DNA of 64,000 bases, taken from Lama glama (taxonomy: Eukaryota). This document shows positions 13,982-25,056 of this stretch, piece by piece. Under the pieces are notes generated by a model. It did no database searches. It was not told the DNA's origin and saw only the letters and a program-made list of their open reading frames with translations. How positions within the stretch are numbered: position 1 is the first letter of the stretch; each line of letters starts with the position of its first letter. The position numbers and the translations under genes are program-made. The stretch is from positions 1,180,001 to 1,244,000 of the forward strand of contig CM052817.1 in the NCBI GenBank assembly GCA_028534125.1. Direction: 5' to 3'.

Positions 13982-14399
13982 TGTGAAAATTAGCAAACTG
14001 AGACTTCACTAAAGTAGAGTCAGGAGACCAGAAGAGGGAGCTCTCAGGCAGCACCACTCAAAGTCAATGACAGAAGAATCATCAGCTACAGTCCCCAACA
14101 GATGCATCATCATGGGAAAGATCACTTACAGGTCCCAACAAGATGTACCCTGTGTCTCCAAAAGAAACCAACTGCCCCAGCAATTCAGCCAGTGGGAAAC
14201 TGAACCACCCTGAACTCTCACTTTTCTCCAATGGACTTTGGTTTGTTCAAAACAATCCTTCCCAACTTCTTCCTTTTTCTCTATAAAATAATGTGTCTAT
14301 GGCTCTTGAATAGCATACTTGTCCCAATTTGCAATTCTCTGCTATTCTTGAATAAACCCATTTTCGCTGGTAAAATAACTCTGATTTTTAAGGTAAACA
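13982..14399 (+). mobile_element. Solo LTR (ERV1-like, 418 bp)
   Basis: TG...CA termini, 4-bp TSD ATTT (13978-13981 and 14400-14403), CCAAT at about 14228, TATAAAA at 14282, AATAAA at 14351. Confidence 0.75.
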
Positions 14400-14466
14400 A
14401 TTTTCAAAACTAGGTCTTAAGAATAATTAACATTCAAGGTAACAAAAGGTTCATAAAGTTACTCAC

Positions 14467-14599
14467 TCTTTCCACTTTCTCTCCAGTTCTGAGACGCCAC
14501 TAAATCACCTGAATGCATAGCAGTCATAATCTTCTGAGCAACAGTGGAAAGTGGTATCTCACAGAGATCAAAACCTACAAATGCCTCATAATTTTCCAT
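14467..14599 (-). CDS. POLN: DNA polymerase nu, first coding exon (exon spans 14467-14611, ATG at 14599)
   Basis: Translates [44 protein letters not shown], which I recognise as the POLN N-terminus. Acceptor tgtttag|G at 14611, donor |gtgagt at 14466-14461. 133 coding nt, phase 1. An in-frame weak-context ATG lies 6 nt upstream (14605). Missed by the ORF track. Confidence 0.93.
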
Positions 14600-15287
14600 T
14601 TTCATAAAATCCTAAACATAAGATAAACATAATATCCATATATTAATTTTGAAATTTCAAAATAAGAAACAAATTATGTGAAAATTTCTAGGTAGAGACG
14701 TTCATAAAAATTGCTATATTCACCACTACAGGAAATAGGTATCAATTGTCCCCATAATACAGACAGGATAGTAAGAAGAAAGCAAAACACATAGAGGCTC
14801 AATTGGGTATTATGGCAAACAGGTGACAAAGTCAAGAGCCTGCCATCCAGGTGACCAATTTTGAAGTAATCTCCTCAAATATTTCCTACTTCCTGAGACT
14901 TGAAATGAATGGCTGTTACAATCTTCAAACATACAAATCTAGTAACAAAAATAATTTTTAACTGACATGGGTAATTATGGCAGATACACAACCTGACATC
15001 CTTTCCCTTCCACTGCTCAGCTGTACTGGCCCCCTGTGCTGAGTGGGTGAAGGTCTGGAAGGGACAGCACAAATCATCGAGTAGCTGGTCATGCATCTAA
15101 CACATCTGGCAGTAATCTAAACACAATTTCCTGTTTCATGAACCAGAAAACCAGGTGACATTTTCCTACACTATTGGAAAGAAGAAAAATTTTCAGTAAA
15201 TTCTCGATTCCAAGGTAGGGCAGAAGGAAAAAAAAGAACCAAAAAAAGGTCACCTGTGAGGAGCTAACAGCGAAGTCTTAAGCAAAA

Positions 15288-15293
15288 TTTATT
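15288..15293 (-). terminator. HAUS3: Candidate distal poly(A) signal (AATAAA) of HAUS3
   Basis: tttatt on + = AATAAA on -, about 1.1 kb past the stop codon, with a U-rich tract further downstream (complement of the A-runs at about 15229-15247). Confidence 0.6.
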
Positions 15294-16326
15294 ACTACAA
15301 ATTTTTCAAGCATATTGAGATCTACTTTATAAATATAAAACTTTAATGTACAAACACAGTAAGACAAAACATATTTGTTCAAAGAATTACAAAAATTGTC
15401 AAAGCCCATATATGTCATCTAAGCACACCCATTTTCTGATGGTTACAGCTGAAGAATTCCATTAAGACCACCTAAAATGCAGTTTTTAGACCGGCAGTCC
15501 ACATTAAAAACAGGCAATACATTCTTGGATCAGGAATAGTCTTGAAAGTATTATCTGTATCTTCTCTATTCTCCACAAGGTTTACTTAGTATGTAACACA
15601 GGCCACATATAAATCAAGCACTCAAGAAGTACTTGATGTAATAATTGATAAACAAGCTACTTCAAATTATTTTACACTAACTCTTAAAATAATTTCTAAT
15701 TGTCCAAATACTACACTTCTATCCCAACTAACACAGTCCAGCATTTAAGTATTTTCACTCCTAAGAAACTAATTACAACAGCCTTATACATCATCTCAGC
15801 AACCACTTCTACACTGAAGTCAAAGCACTGCAGAAATGTTGAGTCCCCAGGACCCAACCTCTAAGATGAGCAATGGCCAATGGAGACCTGACGTTCTCTG
15901 TGGTATAAGTGTGAACACCAAAACAGTCTCAAAGTCTACAGCAGGGAATTGCCGGGGAAGACAGCTTGAGTGGCAGAATTTTACTTTATAGACAAATATG
16001 AGGGGATTTGACTATTCATGTATTAAGGTCTACACAGTTTTAACAATGCTGACTATAAAATTTTTAAATATTTAAGAGCAGAAAATTTCTATCTCTTAAA
16101 AAAAGTAGAGATGTAATTAGCTCTATTAAAAATATCTGCATGGACATAGTAATGCTTTTCCCCTGTAAGTTATAAGCTACCAGGACTAAGTGACACCAAG
16201 CAAACGTTCACATCATAAAAAACACTGGTACTCTGAACAAACATAAGAAAAAAACCAAATTGATATAATACTTGAATTAATTCAGCGAAATGCTCTATTG
16301 ACTTCGAAGTCAAAATTTTCATAGTG

Positions 16327-16332
16327 TTTATT
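16327..16332 (-). terminator. HAUS3: Candidate proximal poly(A) signal (AATAAA) of HAUS3
   Basis: AATAAA on the minus strand about 75 nt after the stop codon. Confidence 0.4.
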
Positions 16333-16406
16333 GGCTATACTCTCCTTTTAATATATAAAACATTGAAATATAGCATATACAGTAAAGATTCCATTTTTAG
16401 TAATTT

Positions 16407-16640
16407 TCAATCTTCAAGACCAATGGTCTTAATCTTTGATTGGTTTTCTAAATTCTCCACAGTATCTTTCAGATAATCTTCATCTTTTAAAAAATATACA
16501 TATAATTCTCTTTCCATTTGATGCAGTTTATTGGATGCCAAAATTTTTCTTTTTGTCTTCACGTCAGCAAGAATATCAGTCAGAAGATGATTTAGCTTAT
16601 TTAGTTGAGATTCAACTTGATGAAACTGCTCCATTAACTC
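16407..16640 (-). CDS. HAUS3: HAUS3 last coding exon (234 nt including stop)
   Basis: tcctttttag|GAGTTAATGGAG...; ELMEQFHQVESQLNKLNHLLTDILADVKTKRK...IGLED*. The four exons sum to 1812 nt = 603 aa + stop. Confidence 0.96.
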   Translation of the reverse strand, partial: ELMEQFHQVESQLNKLNHLLTDILADVKTKRKILASNKLHQMERELYVYFLKDEDYLKDTVENLENQSKIKTIGLED

Positions 16641-17339
16641 CTAAAAAGGAAAATAACAATGGTTTTAATGCAAGAGCTCTATTCATAACACCAATTATAA
16701 ATCTGAAATGCAGCTTACACAGAAAGAACCTAAATCATATTATTCCCAATTTTAACAACAAACGAACTTCAAATAAAAATCCACAGCATGTTTAATAAAA
16801 ACTCCATATAAGAGCCACTGCAGCAACTTCCTGTACGTAATTTTAAGTGAGTCAAAGCACTCTTACTCCCTGAAGATTATCTGATATGTAAAGTGTTCTG
16901 CATATTCATACATTAAACAAATATTACTGAATGCCTACCACATGCCACACACTATTTTAGAGACTACAAATATAAGAATGAATGCTGTTTCCTTCATGGA
17001 GTTTACATCCTGTTGAGTAACCAAATCTTGTTTTAACCTAATCTCTGTTTATTCAGACACTGAAGCACAGAGAAAAACCTTGAAATGAAGCAATTACAAA
17101 TAAAAAAAGAACTACTTTAACAAACATCTCTGTTTTTCTTTTCTCTTGTTGTTACGGAAGATGGACCTATATGTGACATTCAACAATCCTGACTTACCAT
17201 GTAATTCTTCTCAAGAACCTAGACATGCTGGACTCTTCACATTTAACACACTGCAATTCCTCATTTCTTAGCATTAAAGGCAGATTATTAGCAAGTTGCC
17301 ATGGCTTTCTAATCATGTATTCTACTCCTATAATTTTTC

Positions 17340-17560
17340 AGGCAGTATTACCAAGAGGTTCTCAGAAAATCTGGAGCTATAACTACCTCAACCTTCCATG
17401 GCTTCTCAGCATGGCCCACAGCATGGTAATCTCCAGGTGCGTTTACTCTGAACAGATTCCTGTATCTCAATTCACACTAAATTCCTCAAATTCTACAACA
17501 GGGCAGGAGGCCACGTTTCAACAGGGTCCCTGGTGATTCTAATGTACAAGCTCAAGAAAA
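17340..17560. mobile_element. Possible MER5-like DNA transposon remnant
   Basis: ggttctcagaaaat...ccctggtgattctaatgtaca motif typical of MER5/Charlie MITEs; strongly decayed. Confidence 0.35.
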
Positions 17561-18023
17561 ACAGCTCCACATCTGTCATAAACGCCAGTTCCAGAGAGTA
17601 GTACTTTATAAACTGCATTTTAAAAAAATAAGTAATCCCTACATTAAGTGGTCTCCCTTTGAAGAAAAACTCTGTAAACTTGAATGCAGTGAGAAACATC
17701 TCACCTTTAATTTCAATACTAAAGACCTTTAAAATTGCTAATACTCCTACAAATATTAAAAAATATTCAATTGCATTAATAATAAAAATGCAAGTTAAAA
17801 TTGATACAAATGACATTTTATCCCTCACTGGCTAAGGAAGAATTGTAAATAATGATACCCAATTAGGTTATAGTGAAATCACCATATTTTAGTGATTCTA
17901 GGATGCAAGCTTTCACATTTTAATATATCTGAAATCAGTATGCACTATATATTTAGGAGCATCATGTTACTGTTATTGATCAGACACTCGTAAGAAGTGC
18001 TTTACCATTTTTTTTTTTAAAAT

Positions 18024-18115
18024 GGGGGGATGGGTATAGGTCAGTGGCAGAGCACGTGCTTAGCATGCACAAAGTCCTGGGTTCGATCTCTAGTATCTCT
18101 AGTTTAAAAAAAAAA
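18024..18115 (+). mobile_element. tRNA-Ala-derived SINE (camelid vic-1-like)
   Basis: GGGGGGATGGGTATAGGTCAGTGGCAGAGCACGTGCTTAGCATGCACAAAGTCCTGGGTTCGATCTC plus an A tail; A-box and B-box recognisable. Confidence 0.85.
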
Positions 18116-18119
18116 TTCG

Positions 18120-18940
18120 GTTCTTTTGGTAAGAGCACAAGAGATCTCCCCTCAACAGACTCAAGTGTACAACACAGGATTGAGAACTGTATGCACAACA
18201 CTGCACAGCAGATCTCCAGAACCTGTCCACCTTGCCTAACTAAAACTTCATACTTGCTGATTACCATCCACTCATCCACAGCAACCACCACTGTACTCTG
18301 GGCTTCTAGAAATGAGTCCATTTTAGAGACCTCATATAAGTAGATTCATGCAAGATTCCCTTGTGATTGGCATTTCACTTAGCATAATCTCCTCAACGTT
18401 CATCCATGTTGTCCCATATTGCAGTATTTTTTAAGGCTGAATAATACTCCACTGTATGAATATACTACATTTTCTTTATCCATTCCCCTACTGATGGACT
18501 TTCAGGCTGTTTCCACATCTCAGTTACTACAAGCAGTGTTGCAATGAACCTGTGAGTGCAAATATCTCTTCAACATCCTGTTTTCCTTTGGATATATACC
18601 CAGAAGTAGGGCTGCTGAATCATACAGTTCTATTTTCAAAATTTTCAAGGAACTTCCATACTGTTTCCCACAGCAGCTGCACCATTCTGCATTTCCACCA
18701 ATAATGTACAAGAGTTCCGATTTCTCCACATCCTCCCTAACATCTGTCTCTTGGTTTTTTGGTAATAGCTATTCTAACAAGTATAAGGTGATATCTCATT
18801 GTAGTTTTGATTTGCACTTCCCTGATGATTAGTGACATCAAGCATCTACTCATATACCTATTGGCCATTTTGTAAGTCTTCTTTGGAGAAATACCTATTC
18901 AAGTCTTTAGCCCATTTTAAAATCAGGTTATTATTTTTTT
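18120..18940 (-). mobile_element. Old L1 (L1MA-like) 3' region
   Basis: Reverse L1 ORF2-end/3'UTR text (ggctgaataatactccactgtat, ggatatatacccagaagtagg, gtgatatctcattgtagttttgatttgc). Confidence 0.85.
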
Positions 18941-19944
18941 GTTAACACTGACATTCTTGATACACAAGGTGAAAAAATATAAAAAATACTTTGAGTCAAG
19001 AAATAACATAGAAGATCTAGACACTAAGGGTGAAGCTTTAGAAAAACTTTAACCATTTTAATTGACTTTTTTCTTTTTCATGTACAGTCAAAAGTGACCT
19101 GATAAAAATCTATGTCTACCCACACCTAAAAGGTATCTTCTAATAGGAATAAAATAAAAACTCTAAATAAGAAAAATACTGTTAATTTAACTTAAAAAAG
19201 TTTCTTTCTTAGTAACTCATGAAGTGATGGTATGTCATATTACAAATGGTGTCCAGTAGACATTTACATAGTGCTGGTGGCATTGTAAATAGGTACAACT
19301 CCTTTGAAAAGTAATATGGCAGTATCAAAGGTCTTTAAACAATGTATAAACCCAGGAAACTCAGTAATTCTACTTCTAAGAGTTCATCCAAATGAAAGTA
19401 CCCAACAACAAAAAGCTATATACACAAGATATACATGATGTCATTTAAGAGCAAACAAAAGAAAAAAATGAAGACTATCAAAACATCCAATGATGGTGGA
19501 CTGGTTACAAAAATTATGACAGTAATTAAGTCAATAGAGTATTATAACATTAAAAGTTAACAAAATTACTTAGAGTGAAAATGTTTATTTCATAATGCTA
19601 AGTAAAAAGAATATAAAAGATACATAAGTAAAGGTAAAAAGCATATACCTTGCAAATACTAACCAAAAGAAAGATCGCATAGGAATATTAACAACAGACA
19701 AAAAGAACAACAGAGTCATTATATAACACTAAAATGGTTCAATCCACTGCAATTTAAATCTACCAAGATAATAATTCACTGCAATTTTAAACTTGGATAT
19801 AACTTATAAAATAAACTCAAATTTAAAGAAAAAACTGATAGAGCTACAATGAGAAATTTTCAAATCCACCATCATAGGATTTTTACATAATTATCTAATA
19901 GATCGAGAAAGTAAAATCATCGATTTTTTAAAAAACTAATCACA

Positions 19945-20645
19945 GATATCACTTCACATCCATTAGGATGGCTATTACATATTTTTTAAAAAAGGGAACA
20001 TAACAAATGTAGGCAAAGATGTGGAGAAACTGGAACTCTGGTGCAGTTGCTGTGGAAATGTTAGGCAGTTCCTCAAAAAGTTAAACACACACTTACTGTA
20101 TGATCCAGCATCCATTCCTATAGGTATACGCCCAAAAGAAATGAAAACAGACTCAAATATGTGTATACCAATGTTCACAGCAGCATTATTCACAACAGCC
20201 AAAAGGTGTAAACAACCCAAGTGTCTATTAACAAATGAACAGATAAACAAAATGTGTTATGTACATATAATGGAATATTCAGCTACAAAAATAAATAAAA
20301 TTCTGACACATGCTACAATATGGATGAAACTTAAGGACATTATTCTGAGATAAGCGAAACACAAAAGGACAAATATAATTCTACTTATATGAGGTACCTA
20401 AAATAGGCAAATTCAGAGACAAAGTGGAGTAAAAGTTACCAGGGGATGGGGAAAAAGGAGGGATGAGGAGTTAATATTCAATAGGCACAGAGTTTGGACC
20501 ATTTGGGATGATGAAAAAAATTCTGGAAATGCACAGTGGTCATGACTGCATGACATTGTGAATGTGTTTAATGTCATTGAATTGGACACTAAAAATGGTT
20601 AAAAATGTAATTTTACATTTTATGTATTTTACCACAATAAAAAAA
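19945..20645 (+). mobile_element. 5'-truncated L1 (L1MB-like) with TSD
   Basis: ORF2 C-terminus (CIPMFTAALFTTAKRCKQPKC), 3'UTR and AATAAA tail. Flanked by tttaaaaaactaatcaca at 19927-19944 and 20646-20663. Confidence 0.9.
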
Positions 20646-21365
20646 TTTAAAAAACTAATCACAAGCCTTATTTTAAGAAAGGGTAAGGTAGGTATTCAGA
20701 TCAATTCTTCCATGGGAAAAAACATAAAAGGCTAAATGAAATATTTAAAGAGTCAAAACAAAAGCTTCCTAAAAGCAACAAAGAGATAAGATATTAAAAG
20801 AAACCACCAGTCCAATAAAACAGCCCAGATTGGTAAGGGAGTAGCGCTGCTTTACTCAATTGCCAATCATGGAAAAATAGAACCCGTGATTCTTGAGACT
20901 TACAAGATGAGTGGGAGAATAATCGAAGTCCAAGGTCCACAGAAAGTAGGAAGTCAGAGGAGACCCTCTTCATAATAAACTAACAACTCAAAGGACCCCA
21001 ACAATTTTAAGTTCAGGATGGCCAGAAGTGGAAGAGCCCTTGGTTAGAAATATAGCCCAGACAGAAATCAATTGGGTCCTCCAAAGACTCTTGCAGTTTG
21101 AACCCAGTTTGTGGTTCAAAATTGGTAGTGCCCATAGTATCTAACAAAACATACATGAAGGCAAAAAACATTTAAAGATAATTTATTTCAAAATATTAAG
21201 AGGGTCCCTTCACTATAAAAATACTGATTTTAAATTTGTACACTTCAATAAATGGTGATAAGACAATTTGGTTATTTATGGGGAAAAATAGTAAAATCAG
21301 AACTCAATCTCTCATGCTATATATAAAAATAAACTCCTGGTGGATTAAAGAATTAAAATTGAGAA

Positions 21366-21517
21366 AAACTAGATTTGGTGGATATTTTCAGAGCATTACA
21401 CCCCCCAAAAATAGAATATACATTCTTTTCAAGTGCACATGGAACATTTTCCAGGATAGATCATGTACTTGGACACAAAAGAAACCTCAGCAAATTTAAG
21501 AAGATAGAAATTATCTC
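21366..21517 (+). mobile_element. L1 ORF2 endonuclease-domain fragment running into the assembly gap
   Basis: DIFRALHPPKIEYTFFSSAHGTFSRIDHVLGHKRNLSKFKKIEII is the L1 APE endonuclease motif region. Confidence 0.9.
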
Positions 21518-22017
21518 NNNNNNNNNNNNNNNNNNNNNNNNNNNNNNNNNNNNNNNNNNNNNNNNNNNNNNNNNNNNNNNNNNNNNNNNNNNNNNNNNNN
21601 NNNNNNNNNNNNNNNNNNNNNNNNNNNNNNNNNNNNNNNNNNNNNNNNNNNNNNNNNNNNNNNNNNNNNNNNNNNNNNNNNNNNNNNNNNNNNNNNNNNN
21701 NNNNNNNNNNNNNNNNNNNNNNNNNNNNNNNNNNNNNNNNNNNNNNNNNNNNNNNNNNNNNNNNNNNNNNNNNNNNNNNNNNNNNNNNNNNNNNNNNNNN
21801 NNNNNNNNNNNNNNNNNNNNNNNNNNNNNNNNNNNNNNNNNNNNNNNNNNNNNNNNNNNNNNNNNNNNNNNNNNNNNNNNNNNNNNNNNNNNNNNNNNNN
21901 NNNNNNNNNNNNNNNNNNNNNNNNNNNNNNNNNNNNNNNNNNNNNNNNNNNNNNNNNNNNNNNNNNNNNNNNNNNNNNNNNNNNNNNNNNNNNNNNNNNN
22001 NNNNNNNNNNNNNNNNN
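21518..22017. other. Assembly gap (500 N)
   Basis: Direct reading. Confidence 1.
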
Positions 22018-22105
22018 TCCCCAGTACCTCCTCTAAAAAATAAATAAGTAAACCTAACTACATCCCCCTGCAAAAAAACAAAAATAAAAACAAAAAACAA
22101 AAAAC
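22018..22105 (+). mobile_element. 3' half of a vic-1-like SINE, cut by the gap
   Basis: tccccagtacctcctctaaaaaataaataagtaaacctaactac... matches the 3' half of the SINE at 54506. Confidence 0.8.
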
Positions 22106-22180
22106 AAGATCAGGAGCCACTTTGGGACTCAAATCCCATATATTACAGCTGAGAAAAGTAAGACATTTTAGAAGCTTCTT

Positions 22181-22375
22181 AGAATAGATAAACAAGATTG
22201 TACTGTGTAGTACAGGGAAATATATACAGGATCTTGTGGTGGCTCACAGAGAAAGAGAATGTGACAATGAATGTATGTATGTTCATGTATAACTGAAAAA
22301 TTGTGCTCTACACTGGAATTTGACACAACATTGTAAAATGACTATAACTCAATAAAAAAAATGTTAAAAAAAAAA
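22181..22375 (+). mobile_element. Short L1 3'-end insertion (same subfamily as 25057-26625)
   Basis: Near-identical to 26441-26625, including the A tail. Confidence 0.9.
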
Positions 22376-22396
22376 GAATTAAAATTGAACAGCATA

Positions 22397-22432
22397 GTGC
22401 TCGCTTCGGCAGCACATATACTAAAAAAAAAG
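22397..22432 (+). pseudogene. 3'-truncated U6 snRNA retrocopy
   Basis: GTGCTCGCTTCGGCAGCACATATACTAAAA is U6 nt 1-30, followed by a short A-run. Flanked by the 15-bp TSD aaattgaacagcata (22382-22396 and 22433-22447). Confidence 0.93.
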
Positions 22433-22447
22433 AAATTGAACAGCATA

Positions 22448-22630
22448 AACAGCAAGTTTACACTGTATAGCACAGGGAACTATATTCAATATCTTGTAGT
22501 AACTTACAGTGAAAAAGAATATGAAAACAAATACAGGTATGTTCATGTATGACCAAAGCATTATGCTGTACACCAGAAATTGACACAATATTGCAAACTG
22601 ACTATACTTCAATAAAAATATATATACAAA
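22448..22630 (+). mobile_element. Short L1 3'-end insertion
   Basis: tatagcacagggaactatattcaatatcttgta...gactatacttcaataaaaa; TSD aaa(t/c)tgaacagcata at 22433 and 22631. Confidence 0.88.
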
Positions 22631-22666
22631 AAACTGAACAGCATAACTTTAAGACAAAGTAAAATG

Positions 22667-24022
22667 AGTCTCTCTTCAGCAAATTGTGCTGGGAAAACTG
22701 GACAGCTGCATGTGAATCAATAAAGTTAGAATACTCCCTCACACCATACACAAAATAAACTCAAAACGGCTTAAAGGCTTCAACATAAGACAGGACACCA
22801 TAAATCTGGAAGAAAATGTAGGCAAAACATTTTGTGACATTAATCTTAGCAATATTCTCCTAGGTCAGTCTACCAAGGCAACAGAAATAAAAGCAAAAAT
22901 AAACAAATGGACCTAATTAAACTTATAAGCTTTTGCACAGCAAAGGAAACCATAAACAAACCAAAGAAACAACCTACGGAATGGGAGAAAACATCTGCAA
23001 ATGATGAAACTGACAAGGGCTTAATTTCCAGAATATATAAACAGCTCATACATCTTAATTAAAGAAAAAAAAAACCCAAAAAATCCCAATCCAAAAATGA
23101 GCAGAAGGCCTAAACAAGCAATTCTCCAAGACATATGAATAGCAAATAGGCACATGAAAAAATGCTCAGTATCGCTAATCATCAGGGAAATGCAAATCAA
23201 AACTACAATGAAGTATCACCTCACCCCAGTCAGAATGGTCACCATTCAAAAGTCCACAAAAGATAAATGCTGGAGAGGGTGTGGAGAAAAGGCAACCCTC
23301 CTACACTGCTGGTGGGAATGTAGTTTGGTGCAGCCATTATGGAAAACAGTATGGAAATTCCTCAAAAAACTAACAATCCTTACCATATGATCCACCAATC
23401 TCACTTCTGGAGGGAACCCCATGTATCTGGAGGGAACTCTAACACAAAAAGATACATGCACCCCAATGCTCACAGCAGCACTATATACAATAGCCAAGAC
23501 ATACAAGTAACCTAATGTCCATAGACAGATGACTGGATAAAGAAGCTGTGGTATACAATGGAATACTACTCTGCCATAAAAAAGAATAAAATAATGACAT
23601 TTGCATCAACCTGAATGGACCGAGACCATCATTCTAAGTGAAGTAAGCCAGAAAGAGAAAGAAAAATACCATACATCCACTCATATGTGGAATCTTAAAA
23701 AAAAAAAAAAGGACACTATGAATTCATCTACAAAACAGAATCAGACTTGCAGACATAGTAAACAGTCTTATGGTTACCGAGGAAAGGGGGTGGGAGGGGA
23801 TAAATCTGGGAGTTTGAGATTTACAAATGTTAGCCACTATATATAAAAATAGATTTCTTAAAAAAAGTTTTTTTGTATAGCACAGGGAACTATGTTCAGT
23901 ATCTTATAATAATCTTTAATGGAAAAAATATGAAAATGAATATATGTATATGCATGACTGGGACATTGTGCTGTACACCAGAGATTGACACACTGTAATT
24001 GACTGTACTTCAATTAAAAAAA
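22667..24022 (+). mobile_element. 5'-truncated L1 (about 1.35 kb) with TSD
   Basis: ORF2 C-terminus ([28 protein letters not shown]...CWRGCGE), 3'UTR and A tail. TSD aaga(c/t)aaagtaaaatg at 22651-22666 and 24023-24038. Confidence 0.93.
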
Positions 24023-24474
24023 AAGATAAAGTAAAATGGACTATTATTATGATATTACAGGCAAACTTTGAGTGATAAATGACATTAAAATTAAAGTCTT
24101 TTGAAAAAGCCAAAACCGAACAGCAAACAGTAAAAAAGGGGGGGAAGTCACAAACAAGGTGCAAATATATGTAACACAAATAACTGACAAAGGTCTGGCA
24201 TTTGAAACATATAAATAACTCCTACTGAAAGGGGGTTCAACCTCCCTAATAATCAGAGGAATGCAAATTACAACCACAATGGGATATTATTTTATATCTA
24301 TAAAGATAGAGAAATTTATAAATCACACAATGTTAAGTGATGGAAAGGATGTAGATAAATAGCATCCCTTAGATGCTGCTGGTACAACATGGTACAACCA
24401 TTTTGGAATCAATTTGATGTATCCTGTAAAACTGAACCTGCTATCCACTAATTCCACTTCTGAGTGAGGTGAGA

Positions 24475-24505
24475 ATGTGTGTGTGTGTGTGCACGCGCGC
24501 GCGTG
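24475..24505. repeat. (TG)n-(CG)n alternating purine-pyrimidine tract
   Basis: atgtgtgtgtgtgtgtgcacgcgcgcgcgtg. Confidence 0.85.
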
Positions 24506-25056
24506 AGCAGGCATGCACCTATGAGATATACAAGACTATCCACAGCAGTATGATCTACATTGGCAAAAACTGGAAATAATCTAAATATCTGTCAATAGGA
24601 CAGATAATTAAATTGTAGAATTTCATATAAGGAAATACTAACTATACAAAAGAGATAACTATAAATGAGCTATAGCTTTACATATATCAACATGGATGAA
24701 TCTCAAAGTCATATAAAGAAACAAGCAGATTACTGAAAAATTCATACAACACAATGCGTATTAACTTCAGAAACATACAAAACTAAACAACATGCAGTCT
24801 GTGTTATAAACAAGAGAGCAAACGACAAAATCAATTGTAGTAGTTACTCCTTGAAGAAGAGGGGAATGCTATTGGGAGCAGCATGCTATTATTCAACATA
24901 CACAGAATTTCAGATATAAGGACAATCCTATATTTACTAAGAGAGGTGAAAAAAATACAGGGTTAAAAAAGAATTCTCAGTGTAAACATCACACATCCTT
25001 TCACATATGAAATATTTTATAAATTTTTAAAATTCTGTGTACACTGATCAAAACTT

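Noticed and set aside
18024..18115. tRNA-Ala gene (also at 54506)
   Set aside because: It has an A-rich tail, a poor acceptor stem and multiple diverged copies; these are SINEs, not tRNA genes.
21375..22100. 222-aa and 223-aa ORFs on both strands
   Set aside because: They are artefacts of translating through the 500-N gap; only the L1 endonuclease fragment is real.
22397..22426. Functional U6 snRNA gene
   Set aside because: Only nt 1-30 are present, the ACAGAGA box is missing, no upstream promoter is evident, and it is flanked by a TSD.
22382..22645. CRISPR-like repeat-spacer array (three 15-bp repeats)
   Set aside because: The spacers are unequal and are a U6 fragment and an L1 tail. The repeats are target-site duplications in a mammalian intron.
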